Below, piece after piece: positions 28,413 to 35,936 of a stretch of 48,381 bases of DNA. The position numbers and the translations under genes are program-made. The DNA comes from Bacteroidales bacterium (lineage in GTDB: Bacteria > Bacteroidota > Bacteroidia > Bacteroidales > UBA7960). Within the stretch, counting starts at the first letter, position 1. The number at the start of each line of letters is the position of its first letter. The stretch lies in NCBI GenBank assembly GCA_007128045.1, contig SKYG01000123.1, positions 1-48,381 on the forward strand, written 5' to 3'. The notes beneath the pieces were generated by a model. The model saw nothing but the letters and a program-made list of their open reading frames with translations, was not told the DNA's origin and did no database searches.

Positions 28413-29032
28413 AATCGTATCTGCTTTATAAAGGTAGAAAGCAGTTCAGGGTCTTTGATCCCTGGTCTGGTTTCAAATCTACTATTAAGGTCTACTCCGG
28501 CAAAGGTCACAATGTTTTCGGCCAAACTGGTAATCAATGATGCATCTGCCGGTGAGATGCCACCACTTAGTATAAAAGGGGTACTTAGCTGATAGGCTTC
28601 CAGTATGGAGTGGTCAAACTTTTCACTGTTTCCCCCACGCTTTTTTCCTGCCTTGTCAAACAGAAACATATCGCACGTTCCCTCGTATTCCGGGAGATCA
28701 TCCGGCAGTTCATCATCAACAGAAAAGGCCTTTATGACCATGCAATAATCTCCAAGTTCACTACAATAGGATGGGGGTTCCTCCCCATGTAACTGTACTG
28801 CCTGAAACCCATATTTATGGATCAGGTGGCGGGCTTGTTTCAGGTCATGATTTACCAATACCGCAACCTTGTCGATAGCTTTTGGCATATCTTTCAGCTT
28901 CAAGTTATCAATCTTAAAAGTGACATCACGAGGTGATGGCTCATAAAAGATGAACCCCATATACTCCGGCTGCAACCAGGCCAGCTTCATCATGTTCGAT
29001 TGATCTGTAATTCCGCAAATTTTTATATGCAT
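28409..29032 (-). CDS. trpF: Phosphoribosylanthranilate isomerase
   Basis: 207-aa ORF starting MHIKICGIT. It overlaps trpB by 4 nt (ATGA-type overlap). Confidence 0.85.
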   Translation of the reverse strand: MHIKICGITDQSNMMKLAWLQPEYMGFIFYEPSPRDVTFKIDNLKLKDMPKAIDKVAVLVNHDLKQARHLIHKYGFQAVQLHGEEPPSYCSELGDYCMVIKAFSVDDELPDDLPEYEGTCDMFLFDKAGKKRGGNSEKFDHSILEAYQLSTPFILSGGISPADASLITSLAENIVTFAGVDLNSRFETRPGIKDPELLSTFIKQIRL

Positions 29033-29823
29033 GGCACATGTTTTTTTAAACCACTGATGAATTGTTCACAAGCTTTTTGGGGACTGGCTTCTCTCATAAA
29101 ATATTCGCCAATTAAAAACCCACAATAACCAGCCTCCCTGAGGGTAGCATAAATTTCAGGCGAGTCGATCCCACTCTCAGCAACTTTTACTACATTTTCT
29201 GGCAATTGCCTCACCAGCGAAATGGCATGTCCGGTATCTACTGAGAAATTTTTCAGGTTTCTGCTGTTAACCCCAACAATCCGGGCATCAGGGGGCAGCC
29301 TGTCAACACCATGTGTGTCATGCACCTCAAACAGCACTTCCATGTCTAATGAACGTGCCAGCCCGAACAATGTTTTTATCTCATTATCAGTAAGCACATC
29401 AACAATCAGTAAGATGGCATCAGCGCCAATGCTGCGCGACTCAATAACCTGGTATTCATCAACGATAAAATCCTTGCGAAGAATAGGGCAATAGTTGTTT
29501 TTTCGTGCCATGATCAGGTCATTTTTTGAGCCTCCAAAATAGGTGGTGTCGGTTAATACCGACAGTGCAGAGGCTCCGGCCTGCATGTATCCCAGGCATA
29601 TCTGACCCGGATTGGCGAATTCATTGATCATCCCCTTAGATGGCGATTTTCTTTTAAACTCAGCGATAATCCCATGGAGATCCGGCCGGAGAATATATTT
29701 CTTCAGTGATACCGGTCTGGCCTGGAAGTAGATACTTCTTTCAAGTAGTTTTACCGGATAGAGTTCTTTTTGTCCGGCAACTTCCTGGCGTTTATGCGCG
29801 ATAATCTTGTCAAGTATTGTCAT
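29023..29823 (-). CDS. trpC: Indole-3-glycerol phosphate synthase
   Basis: 266-aa ORF. IIAEFKRKSPSKG motif. It overlaps trpF by 10 nt. Confidence 0.9.
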   Translation of the reverse strand: MTILDKIIAHKRQEVAGQKELYPVKLLERSIYFQARPVSLKKYILRPDLHGIIAEFKRKSPSKGMINEFANPGQICLGYMQAGASALSVLTDTTYFGGSKNDLIMARKNNYCPILRKDFIVDEYQVIESRSIGADAILLIVDVLTDNEIKTLFGLARSLDMEVLFEVHDTHGVDRLPPDARIVGVNSRNLKNFSVDTGHAISLVRQLPENVVKVAESGIDSPEIYATLREAGYCGFLIGEYFMREASPQKACEQFISGLKKHVPCI

Positions 29824-30815
29824 GACTGATGTTGTATTAAACGTGTAAATGACTCCAGTGCTTTCCCTGACACCAGTGATTCTCTGGCCAAATCAACAGC
29901 ATCTGTGAGGGTCAAATGGTTGTTGTAGCATTGTATTGCCAGGCCTGCATTGGCAAGAACGGCATTGGTCTGTTGAATTGTGCCTTTGTTTTTGAGTACA
30001 TCCATAAACACCTCGGCAGCTTCGGCAACACTTTGTCCGCCGTAAAGCGATTCTGGTTTGTTATATGGCATCCTGAAGCTTTCAGGAGTCAGCAAATCTT
30101 CACCAAGGGGAGTGAACACCTTGATGGGCGAGGTTAATGATACTTCATCATATCCGTCAAGGCTGAATAAAACCACGTATTGCTTGTTTTCCCTTTGCAG
30201 CAGGTAGCTGAAAATACGACCCGCTTCAATACTAAAAACACCACTCATCTGGAATTTCGGACTGGCAGGATTGACCAGTGGTCCCAGTATATTGAAAAAT
30301 GTTTTTACCCCCAGTTGTTTTCGCACACCCCCAACGGCTTTCAGTGCTGGATGAAACAACGGGGCGTGCATAAAACAAATATTGGAGATATCTACCTCAC
30401 GCTTAAGCTTATCGCCGTCATGTGAGAAGCGGTAGCCATAGTATTCCATCACGTTTGATGACCCCGAAGAAGATGATATCCCATAGTTTCCATGCTTGGC
30501 AACAGGTATTCCGGCACCGGCAATTATGAAGGCTGTCAGGGTAGAGATATTGAATGTGTCTTTCCCGTCACCACCTGTCCCACATACGTCAATGGCCTGT
30601 CCGTCGAGGATGTTAACCTTATGTGCAAGTTCAAGTATGGCATCGCGGAAGCCAAGCAACTCTTCCAGACTGATGCTGCGCATAATAAACGCAGACAATA
30701 CCGCTGCTTTCTGTGCGTCATTGACATCACCATTGGCAATTCCATGCATCAGCACCCCTGCTTCAGCCCTGTTTAACTGCTGAGATTCCAACAGCTTGAT
30801 TAGAATTTCTTTCAT
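29820..30815 (-). CDS. trpD: Anthranilate phosphoribosyltransferase
   Basis: 331-aa ORF. DVCGTGGDGKDTFNIST and KHGN motifs. It overlaps trpC by 4 nt. Confidence 0.9.
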   Translation of the reverse strand: MKEILIKLLESQQLNRAEAGVLMHGIANGDVNDAQKAAVLSAFIMRSISLEELLGFRDAILELAHKVNILDGQAIDVCGTGGDGKDTFNISTLTAFIIAGAGIPVAKHGNYGISSSSGSSNVMEYYGYRFSHDGDKLKREVDISNICFMHAPLFHPALKAVGGVRKQLGVKTFFNILGPLVNPASPKFQMSGVFSIEAGRIFSYLLQRENKQYVVLFSLDGYDEVSLTSPIKVFTPLGEDLLTPESFRMPYNKPESLYGGQSVAEAAEVFMDVLKNKGTIQQTNAVLANAGLAIQCYNNHLTLTDAVDLARESLVSGKALESFTRLIQHQS

Positions 30816-30829
30816 ATGTTTATAAATGT

Positions 30830-31012
30830 GTTGATTTGTTGATTTGTTGATCTGTTGATCTGTTGATGAGTTGAGGAGTTGAGGAGTCTGAAGGTCTGAA
30901 AGTTAAATAAATATCCTTCTTCCTCAGTGCTCCTTTCTCAGCGCTCCTTTCTCCTTTTTCAGTGCTCAGTGCTTATAATCATTTCAACTTTTCAACTTCT
31001 CAACTTCTCAAC
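30830..31012. repeat. Composite oligomer-repeat spacer between trpG and trpD
   Basis: Nine 8-nt units lie in a single register at 30830-30901: GTTGATTT x2, GTTGATCT x2, GTTGATGA, GTTGAGGA x2, GTCTGAAG, GTCTGAAA. These are followed by a 15-nt CTCAG(T/C)GCTCCTTTC x2 unit, TCAGTGC x2, and the inverted-orientation array TCAACTT(T/C) x3.6 at 30984-31012. Confidence 0.95.
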
Positions 31013-31587
31013 TAAATTTTAGCCAGCCAATTCATGATCATCCGTTTACCATCGGGGGTAAGTATTGATTCCGGATGAAACTGCACCCCGCAAATATCCC
31101 ATTCTTTATGACTGATCGCCATGATCCTGCCTTCATCATCATAGGCATCAACCTGTAAACAATCCGGGAAGCCGTTCTTGTCTGCAATCCATGAATGATA
31201 CCGTCCGGCCATAAATGTATTGTTCACCCCATCAAACAGGTAATGAACCGGTTCATTAAGATGGATGTTGGTTGCCACACCATGATACACCTTGCTGATA
31301 TTCTTCAGCTTCCCGCCAAATGACTCTGTGATGGCCTGCAGTCCCAGGCAAACGCCCAAAATACGCTTACTACTTTTATACCTGTCTATAACAGCAAGCA
31401 ATAAACCAGCCTCATCAGGAAGACCAGGGCCAGGCGACAAAATGATCCCGTCAAACGCCTCCACCTCATCAAGGGTAAGTTCATCATTACGCTTTACCTC
31501 AACCTGAAATCCTTCTGCTTCACGTACATAGTGAACCAGGTTATACGTGAATGAATCATAATTATCCAGTACAAGAATTTTTTTCAT
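31012..31587 (-). CDS. trpG: Anthranilate synthase component II (glutamine amidotransferase)
   Basis: Start called at ATG 31587 (MKKILVLDNYDSFTYNL). The catalytic triad region is GVCLGLQ...HPES. The 30 upstream in-frame codons belong to the repeat element. Confidence 0.9.
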   Translation of the reverse strand: MKKILVLDNYDSFTYNLVHYVREAEGFQVEVKRNDELTLDEVEAFDGIILSPGPGLPDEAGLLLAVIDRYKSSKRILGVCLGLQAITESFGGKLKNISKVYHGVATNIHLNEPVHYLFDGVNNTFMAGRYHSWIADKNGFPDCLQVDAYDDEGRIMAISHKEWDICGVQFHPESILTPDGKRMIMNWLAKI

Positions 31588-31684
31588 CTGTTTATTTTTT
31601 TTCCCTTCGACTTTCGACCTTTGACCCCCATGAAAAACAATCATGTGTCTGTGTGTCAAAGCGTTTATCATGGGCATTTCATGG
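31588..31684 (-). repeat. About 100-nt start-codon-abutting repeat element inside the trp operon (trpE-trpG spacer)
   Basis: In gene orientation it reads CCATGAAATGCCCATGATAAACGCTTTGACACACAGACACATGATTGTTTTTCATGGGGGTCAAAGGTCGAAAGTCGAAGGGAAAAAAAATAAACAG|ATG. Confidence 0.9.
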
Positions 31685-31708
31685 TATCTTATTCCAATAT
31701 ACTTTTAT

Positions 31709-33121
31709 TCACAAACTAAATTGTTCTGCCAGCTTTATTGCCTTGCGCAAGGCAGATATTTTTCCGTTTACTTCCTTTAACTCACCCTCTTCACTGGAGT
31801 CGATAACCACACCGGCCCCGGCCTGATAAACAAGTTTCCCACGTTTGCTCATAAAGGAACGTATCATAATGGCATGGTTTAGGCTTCCCCCCAGCCCCAG
31901 TATTCCAATGGCGCCACCATAAAAGCCCCTGGCCGTGCCTTCATAACTATCAATCAGTTGGATGGCTTTGTGTTTTGGTGCGCCAGACAAGGTTCCGGCA
32001 GGAAAGGTGTCGGCAAACAACCGGTAGTTGTTGTTGGTGCGAAACATCTTACCTTTAACGGTCGACACCAGGTGAATAACATGTGAGTATGTATGCACCT
32101 CTCTGAATGTTTCAACAGTTACATCATCAGAATGCTTACTTAAGTCATTGCGCGCCAAGTCAACAAGCATACAATGCTCCGCATTTTCTTTCTCGTTCTT
32201 TAGCAGATCAGCTATCAATGCGGCATCCTCGTCCGGACTACCGGTTCTGATGACTGTTCCGGCTATGGGGTTGATAACAGCTATTCCATCACTGATCCGG
32301 AGTTGGGCTTCGGGTGATGAGCCAAACAGCTTGTAGCTCAAGTAGTCGAAGTAAAAAAGATACGGTGACGGATTGATAGAACGAAGAGCCCGGTAAACAT
32401 TAAATTCGTCGCCGGAAAAGTTCTGTTCGAAGCGGCGTGACAAAACAATTTGAAACACATCTCCTCTGGCGCAGTGCCTGATTCCGTTTCTGACCATTTC
32501 CATAAAACGTTCGTCGCTGACGGGGGTAAATTCTTCACCAGTGGCCATAAACGGGAAGCTGGTTGCATTTCTGTTTGCCAGAAGAGACATTACCTTGGAA
32601 ATCATAGACTTTTCACCTTCGGCAATTAACTCCGTGATGCTTAATGTATTGTTAAAGTGGTTGAAGGCAATAACCACCTGGTACAGGTCATACCTGAGTA
32701 AAGGGATGCGATCAGCATCTGCCTCAGGTGATGTGATATTCACATTGTCGAACAAGCTCACTGCATCGTAAGAGGTATAGCCAAACAATCCAGGCATGGT
32801 CTTTTCGCTGAAGTCACCTTCTATTTTGATGGTTCCAAGATACTGGTCAATCAAATTTGATACGGCATGATACCCTTCGAAAGAAAGATGATCATCTGCC
32901 TGGCCCCTTTTTCTGAGGTAAAAATTGTCTGCACTGGCCTCGAAGCCCATGATGGGAGTCAGACAAATATAGGAGTATGAATCATGCCGGGAGCTGTAGT
33001 CTGAACACTCCAGCAATAAACTCTGCGGAAAAGCATCCCGCAAACGAAGGTATATTCCCACAGGCGTGTATGTGTCTGCCTGCAAATGTATTGTCGTTGC
33101 CTTTAATCTGATATCGTTCAT
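31709..33121 (-). CDS. trpE: Anthranilate synthase component I
   Basis: 470-aa ORF. The chorismate-binding C-terminal domain carries GTLSGAPK and GGAIG motifs. Confidence 0.9.
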   Translation of the reverse strand: MNDIRLKATTIHLQADTYTPVGIYLRLRDAFPQSLLLECSDYSSRHDSYSYICLTPIMGFEASADNFYLRKRGQADDHLSFEGYHAVSNLIDQYLGTIKIEGDFSEKTMPGLFGYTSYDAVSLFDNVNITSPEADADRIPLLRYDLYQVVIAFNHFNNTLSITELIAEGEKSMISKVMSLLANRNATSFPFMATGEEFTPVSDERFMEMVRNGIRHCARGDVFQIVLSRRFEQNFSGDEFNVYRALRSINPSPYLFYFDYLSYKLFGSSPEAQLRISDGIAVINPIAGTVIRTGSPDEDAALIADLLKNEKENAEHCMLVDLARNDLSKHSDDVTVETFREVHTYSHVIHLVSTVKGKMFRTNNNYRLFADTFPAGTLSGAPKHKAIQLIDSYEGTARGFYGGAIGILGLGGSLNHAIMIRSFMSKRGKLVYQAGAGVVIDSSEEGELKEVNGKISALRKAIKLAEQFSL

Positions 33122-33221
33122 GTGTTTATATTTTTTCTTTTGACCTTCGACCTTCGACTTTTGACCCCATGAAATATAATCATCCCCATGTGTGTCAAAA
33201 CGTTTGTCATGGGAATTTCAT
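33122..33221 (-). repeat. Repeat element, trpE-proximal copy (divergent)
   Basis: In gene orientation it reads ATGAAATTCCCATGACAAACGTTTTGACACACATGGGGATGATTATATTTCATGGGGTCAAAAGTCGAAGGTCGAAGGTCAAAAGAAAAAATATAAACAC|ATG. Paired substitutions CTTTGAC>TTTTGAC and GTCAAAG>GTCAAAA are present. Confidence 0.9.
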
Positions 33222-33326
33222 CTGTTTATTTTTTTCCCTTTGACCTTCGACCTTCGACCTTTGACCCCCATGAAAAACAATCATGCGTCTGTGTGTCAAA
33301 GCGTTTGTCATGGGTATTTCATGTGT
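33222..33326 (-). repeat. Repeat element, trpE-distal copy (consensus-like), in tandem with the proximal copy
   Basis: It is essentially identical to the copies at 12081-12187 and 35937-36043. Confidence 0.9.
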
Positions 33327-33345
33327 ATATAATTTGCTATAACAG

Positions 33346-33379
33346 CAAGAGCCCACTTAACATGTTAAGCGGGCTCTTG
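33346..33379 (-). terminator. Candidate trp attenuator hairpin (15-bp stem)
   Basis: On the minus strand it reads CAAGAGCCCGCTTAA-CATG-TTAAGTGGGCTCTTG, with one G-U pair. It lies 31 nt downstream of the Trp-leader stop. The trailing CUGUUAU is only moderately U-rich. Confidence 0.55.
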
Positions 33380-33410
33380 TATCAGTTAATATCTAATGAA
33401 AGTAGCTGTA

Positions 33411-33485
33411 TTATAGACCTGAACGCTTAACAACATTGCTGTCGCTGCGCCACCACCAAAAGAATACAGTACTTAAACGGCTCAT
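33411..33485 (-). CDS. trpL: trp operon leader peptide (24 aa, three consecutive Trp codons)
   Basis: ATG 33485 to TAA 33413-33411 gives MSRLSTVFFWWWRSDSNVVKRSGL. TGG TGG TGG lies at 33458-33450. It is not in the ORF track because it is shorter than 60 aa. It lies upstream of trpE on the same strand and is followed by a hairpin with an alternative pairing partner inside the peptide coding region. Confidence 0.75.
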   Translation of the reverse strand: MSRLSTVFFWWWRSDSNVVKRSGL

Positions 33486-33506
33486 TTCTTTGTTCATTTA
33501 CGAATA

Positions 33507-33540
33507 CAATATTACATATTTTTTTTCAGACATCCACAAA
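33507..33540 (-). promoter_or_regulatory. Candidate promoter for the trp leader and operon
   Basis: On the minus strand, TTTG (33540-33537), a 22-nt spacer, and TAATATTG (33514-33507). The -7 box ends about 21 nt before the leader ATG. The spacer is 1 nt longer than the usual 19-21. Confidence 0.35.
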
Positions 33541-33575
33541 CATTTGTTTAATTTTTTTGAATTATTTTTTCAATG

Positions 33576-33607
33576 TTTGTTTTTTAACAAAAAAAAGACT
33601 AATATTG
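33576..33607 (+). promoter_or_regulatory. Candidate promoter for the phe/tyr leader and the pheA operon
   Basis: TTTG (33576-33579), a 20-nt spacer, and TAATATTG (33600-33607). It has one mismatch to TAnnTTTG. The leader ATG lies 29 nt downstream. Confidence 0.4.
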
Positions 33608-33636
33608 CAGTCGATTTTACAACAATACCGATAGTT

Positions 33637-33699
33637 ATGAAATTATTCACTGCTTTTTTTAGCTTTTACTTTTACTTCTTTAGCAACAAAGGGGCGTGA
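33637..33699 (+). CDS. Phe/Tyr-rich leader peptide (20 aa)
   Basis: ATG 33637 to TGA 33697-33699 gives MKLFTAFFSFYFYFFSNKGA, with 7 Phe and 2 Tyr in residues 4-15. It is the C-terminal part of the spurious 87-aa tracked ORF 33436-33699. It is followed by a canonical intrinsic terminator immediately before pheA. Confidence 0.8.
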   Translation: MKLFTAFFSFYFYFFSNKGA

Positions 33700-33742
33700 A
33701 ATTGTGTGTGTTAATTGAAAAAATAAAATACATAAAGAACCA

Positions 33743-33769
33743 GGCCCCGCGATTGCGGGGTTTTTTTTT
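33743..33769 (+). terminator. Intrinsic terminator (attenuator) 9 nt upstream of the pheA start
   Basis: The stem is CCCCGC (33745-33750) with GCGGGG (33755-33760) and the loop is GATT. It is followed by T9 (33761-33769). The pheA ATG is at 33778. Confidence 0.8.
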
Positions 33770-33777
33770 GACTATAT

Positions 33778-34632
33778 ATGACGAAGAAAATTGCGATACA
33801 AGGTATCCGGGGCGCATTCCATCATGAGGCTGCCGCTCTGTATTACAAGAGCCAATTTGACATCTGCGAATGCATGACTTTTCACCACCTTATCGAAGCT
33901 GTTGAGGCAGGCGATGCAGATATAGGTGTGATGGCCATTGAAAACTCTATGGTAGGCAGCATGTTGCCCAACCTTGCCCTGATACGCAAATCAACCCTGC
34001 ATATCGTGGGAGAGGTATATATGCGTATCTCCCAAAATCTGATGGCATTGCCGGGAGAAAGCATCCAAACCTTGCAGGAAGTGCATTCGCATCCGATGGC
34101 CATCATGCAATGCGAAAGCTTTTTTCATAACCTTCAGGATATTAGGATGGTTGAGTCTGTCGACACGGCACTAAGTGCTAAAGAGATCAGCGAGAACCAA
34201 TTAAAAGGTATTGGCGCCATTGCCAGTGAAGCAGCTGCAAAGATCTACGGCCTTGACATTCTGGCGCCATCCATAGAAACAAATAAAAAGAACTACACCC
34301 GGTTTCTTATACTGGGACACAACGGAAACTCAATTGATCCGGCTATCCCGGTCAAGGCAAGCGTGGCATTTGTAGCTCCGCACCTGCCCGGCAGCCTGGC
34401 AGCCGTTTTACAACCCCTGGCAGAGGCAGGTGTAAACCTAAGCATGGTGCAATCACTGCCATTGATTGGCGCCAACTGGGAATATATTTTTCATGCCGAC
34501 ATGATCTTTCAAAATATTGCTTCCGCAAGAAACATCATCAATGACCTGCGAAAAAAGCTACAGGCAACATGGGTGATGGGCATCTACCCATCCAGTCCTG
34601 AAATTCAAGACAACACCAAAATGAAATTGTAA
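33778..34632 (+). CDS. pheA: Prephenate dehydratase (PDT domain plus C-terminal ACT domain)
   Basis: 284-aa ORF. IAIQGIRGAFHHEAA, TRF(L)ILG and ACT-region motifs are present. There is no chorismate mutase domain. Confidence 0.85.
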   Translation: MTKKIAIQGIRGAFHHEAAALYYKSQFDICECMTFHHLIEAVEAGDADIGVMAIENSMVGSMLPNLALIRKSTLHIVGEVYMRISQNLMALPGESIQTLQEVHSHPMAIMQCESFFHNLQDIRMVESVDTALSAKEISENQLKGIGAIASEAAAKIYGLDILAPSIETNKKNYTRFLILGHNGNSIDPAIPVKASVAFVAPHLPGSLAAVLQPLAEAGVNLSMVQSLPLIGANWEYIFHADMIFQNIASARNIINDLRKKLQATWVMGIYPSSPEIQDNTKMKL

Positions 34633-35792
34633 TGATACAAACAGCCGACAGGATAAGCTCTGTGCAGGAATACTATTTTTCGCGAAAGCTCAAAGAGGTA
34701 GAACTCATGAGAAAAGCCGGAGCCAATGTTATAAACCTGGGCATTGGCAGCCCCGACCTGGCACCATCAGAGCAGACCATCAGCAAGCTTGTCGAACAAA
34801 GCAGACTAGACCATAACCATGGCTATCAATCATATGTTGGGATACCGGAACTCCGCACCGCCTTTGCCATGTGGTACCTCAGGTACTTTATGGTAAACCT
34901 GAATCCTGCCAATGAGATCCTGCCACTAATTGGCTCTAAGGAAGGCATCTTTCATATTTCCATGGCTTTCGTCAATCCCGGGGAAGAAGTGCTCATTCCC
35001 AACCCAGGGTATCCCACCTATGAGTCTGCGACAAGGCTGGTAGGCGGAAAGGTGCGGCATTATAACCTGAGCGCTGACTCAGGGTGGTATCCAAACCTCT
35101 ATGAGCTCGAAAAGCAGGATCTGAGCAAGGTAAAACTGATGTGGATCAACTATCCCCATATGCCTACAGGCACAAGGGCTTCGCAGCAAGTATTCAATGA
35201 CATAATCGGTTTTGGCATAAGAAACAATATCCTGATCTGTAACGACAACCCATATAGCTTTATCCTTAACGACAAACCCATCAGTCTGCTTACCGCCAAC
35301 CATGCCAAACAGGTTGGACTGGAGCTGAACTCTTTAAGCAAGTCGCACAATATGGCAGGATGGCGTGTCGGTATGGTGGCAGGACATCATGAGTTTATTA
35401 ACGCCATCCTGAAAGTAAAAAGCAATATGGATTCAGGGATGTTCAAGCCACTTCAGTTAGCCGCTGTTGAAGCACTGAAGAGTCCATCATCATGGTACGA
35501 ACAAATCAACAAAAAATACATGGAGAGAAGGCTGATTGCTTTTGATATCATGAAAACACTGAGATGTTCATACGACCCAGATCAAACGGGAATGTTCGTT
35601 TGGGCAAAGATACCTTCAGTATACCGCGACTCAACAGAGCTGACCGACAAGCTCCTGAATGAAGCGCACGTGTTTATTACCCCTGGGATTATCTTTGGTT
35701 CTAATGGAAAAGATTATATACGCATATCGCTCTGTAGCAACAAAGAATTGTTGCTTGAATCAAAAAACAGAATCATTGAATTTCTAAAATAA
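34632..35792 (+). CDS. Class I/II PLP-dependent aminotransferase (probable aromatic/prephenate aminotransferase)
   Basis: 386-aa ORF. NPGYPTY, NPYS and the PLP-lysine motif SLSKSHNMAGWRVG are present. Its start overlaps the pheA stop (TAATG). The context is between pheA and tyrA. Confidence 0.8.
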   Translation: MIQTADRISSVQEYYFSRKLKEVELMRKAGANVINLGIGSPDLAPSEQTISKLVEQSRLDHNHGYQSYVGIPELRTAFAMWYLRYFMVNLNPANEILPLIGSKEGIFHISMAFVNPGEEVLIPNPGYPTYESATRLVGGKVRHYNLSADSGWYPNLYELEKQDLSKVKLMWINYPHMPTGTRASQQVFNDIIGFGIRNNILICNDNPYSFILNDKPISLLTANHAKQVGLELNSLSKSHNMAGWRVGMVAGHHEFINAILKVKSNMDSGMFKPLQLAAVEALKSPSSWYEQINKKYMERRLIAFDIMKTLRCSYDPDQTGMFVWAKIPSVYRDSTELTDKLLNEAHVFITPGIIFGSNGKDYIRISLCSNKELLLESKNRIIEFLK

Positions 35793-35813
35793 TTGATCTG
35801 ATGAAAACGCCAG

Positions 35814-35936
35814 TCAACATGTTTGACACACCGGCGCATGCTGACAGGCACCGGGTGAGATCCCGAACATGCGTTCGGGACTTCGCTTCGCTCAGCTGTT
35901 CGACATTCAGACTTTCAGACATTTTGACTAAAAAAT
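35814..35936 (+). repeat. Degenerate upstream copy of the start-codon-abutting element
   Basis: It retains CATGTTTGACACACCGGCGCATG, then an 8-bp hairpin TCCCGAAC-ATGC-GTTCGGGA, then CATTCAGA/CTTTCAGA octamers and an A-rich end. Confidence 0.6.

Noticed and set aside
30830-31012. A CRISPR array (also considered for 6699-6746, 39171-39212 and 41563-41595)
   Set aside because: The units are 7-15 nt and directly abutting, with no unique spacers, and no cas genes are present. These are simple tandem oligomer repeats.
33122-33326. A Trp-codon leader inside the repeat units upstream of trpE
   Set aside because: The uORFs in the units contain no Trp codons. The real W-run ORF lies further upstream at 33485-33411.
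33188-33430. 80-aa tracked ORF (also 35773-35982, 12081-12293 and 31551-31826)
   Set aside because: These are read through the antisense of the repeat elements. They share the repeat-derived peptide FDLRPSTFDPHEKQSCVCVSKRLSW, which shows they are repeat artefacts.
33436-33699. 87-aa tracked ORF, read as a protein-coding gene
   Set aside because: It spans the AT-rich divergent promoter region and has a low-complexity Phe/Ile/Asn composition driven by AT content. Only its last 20 codons, from the sole internal ATG, make sense, as a leader peptide.
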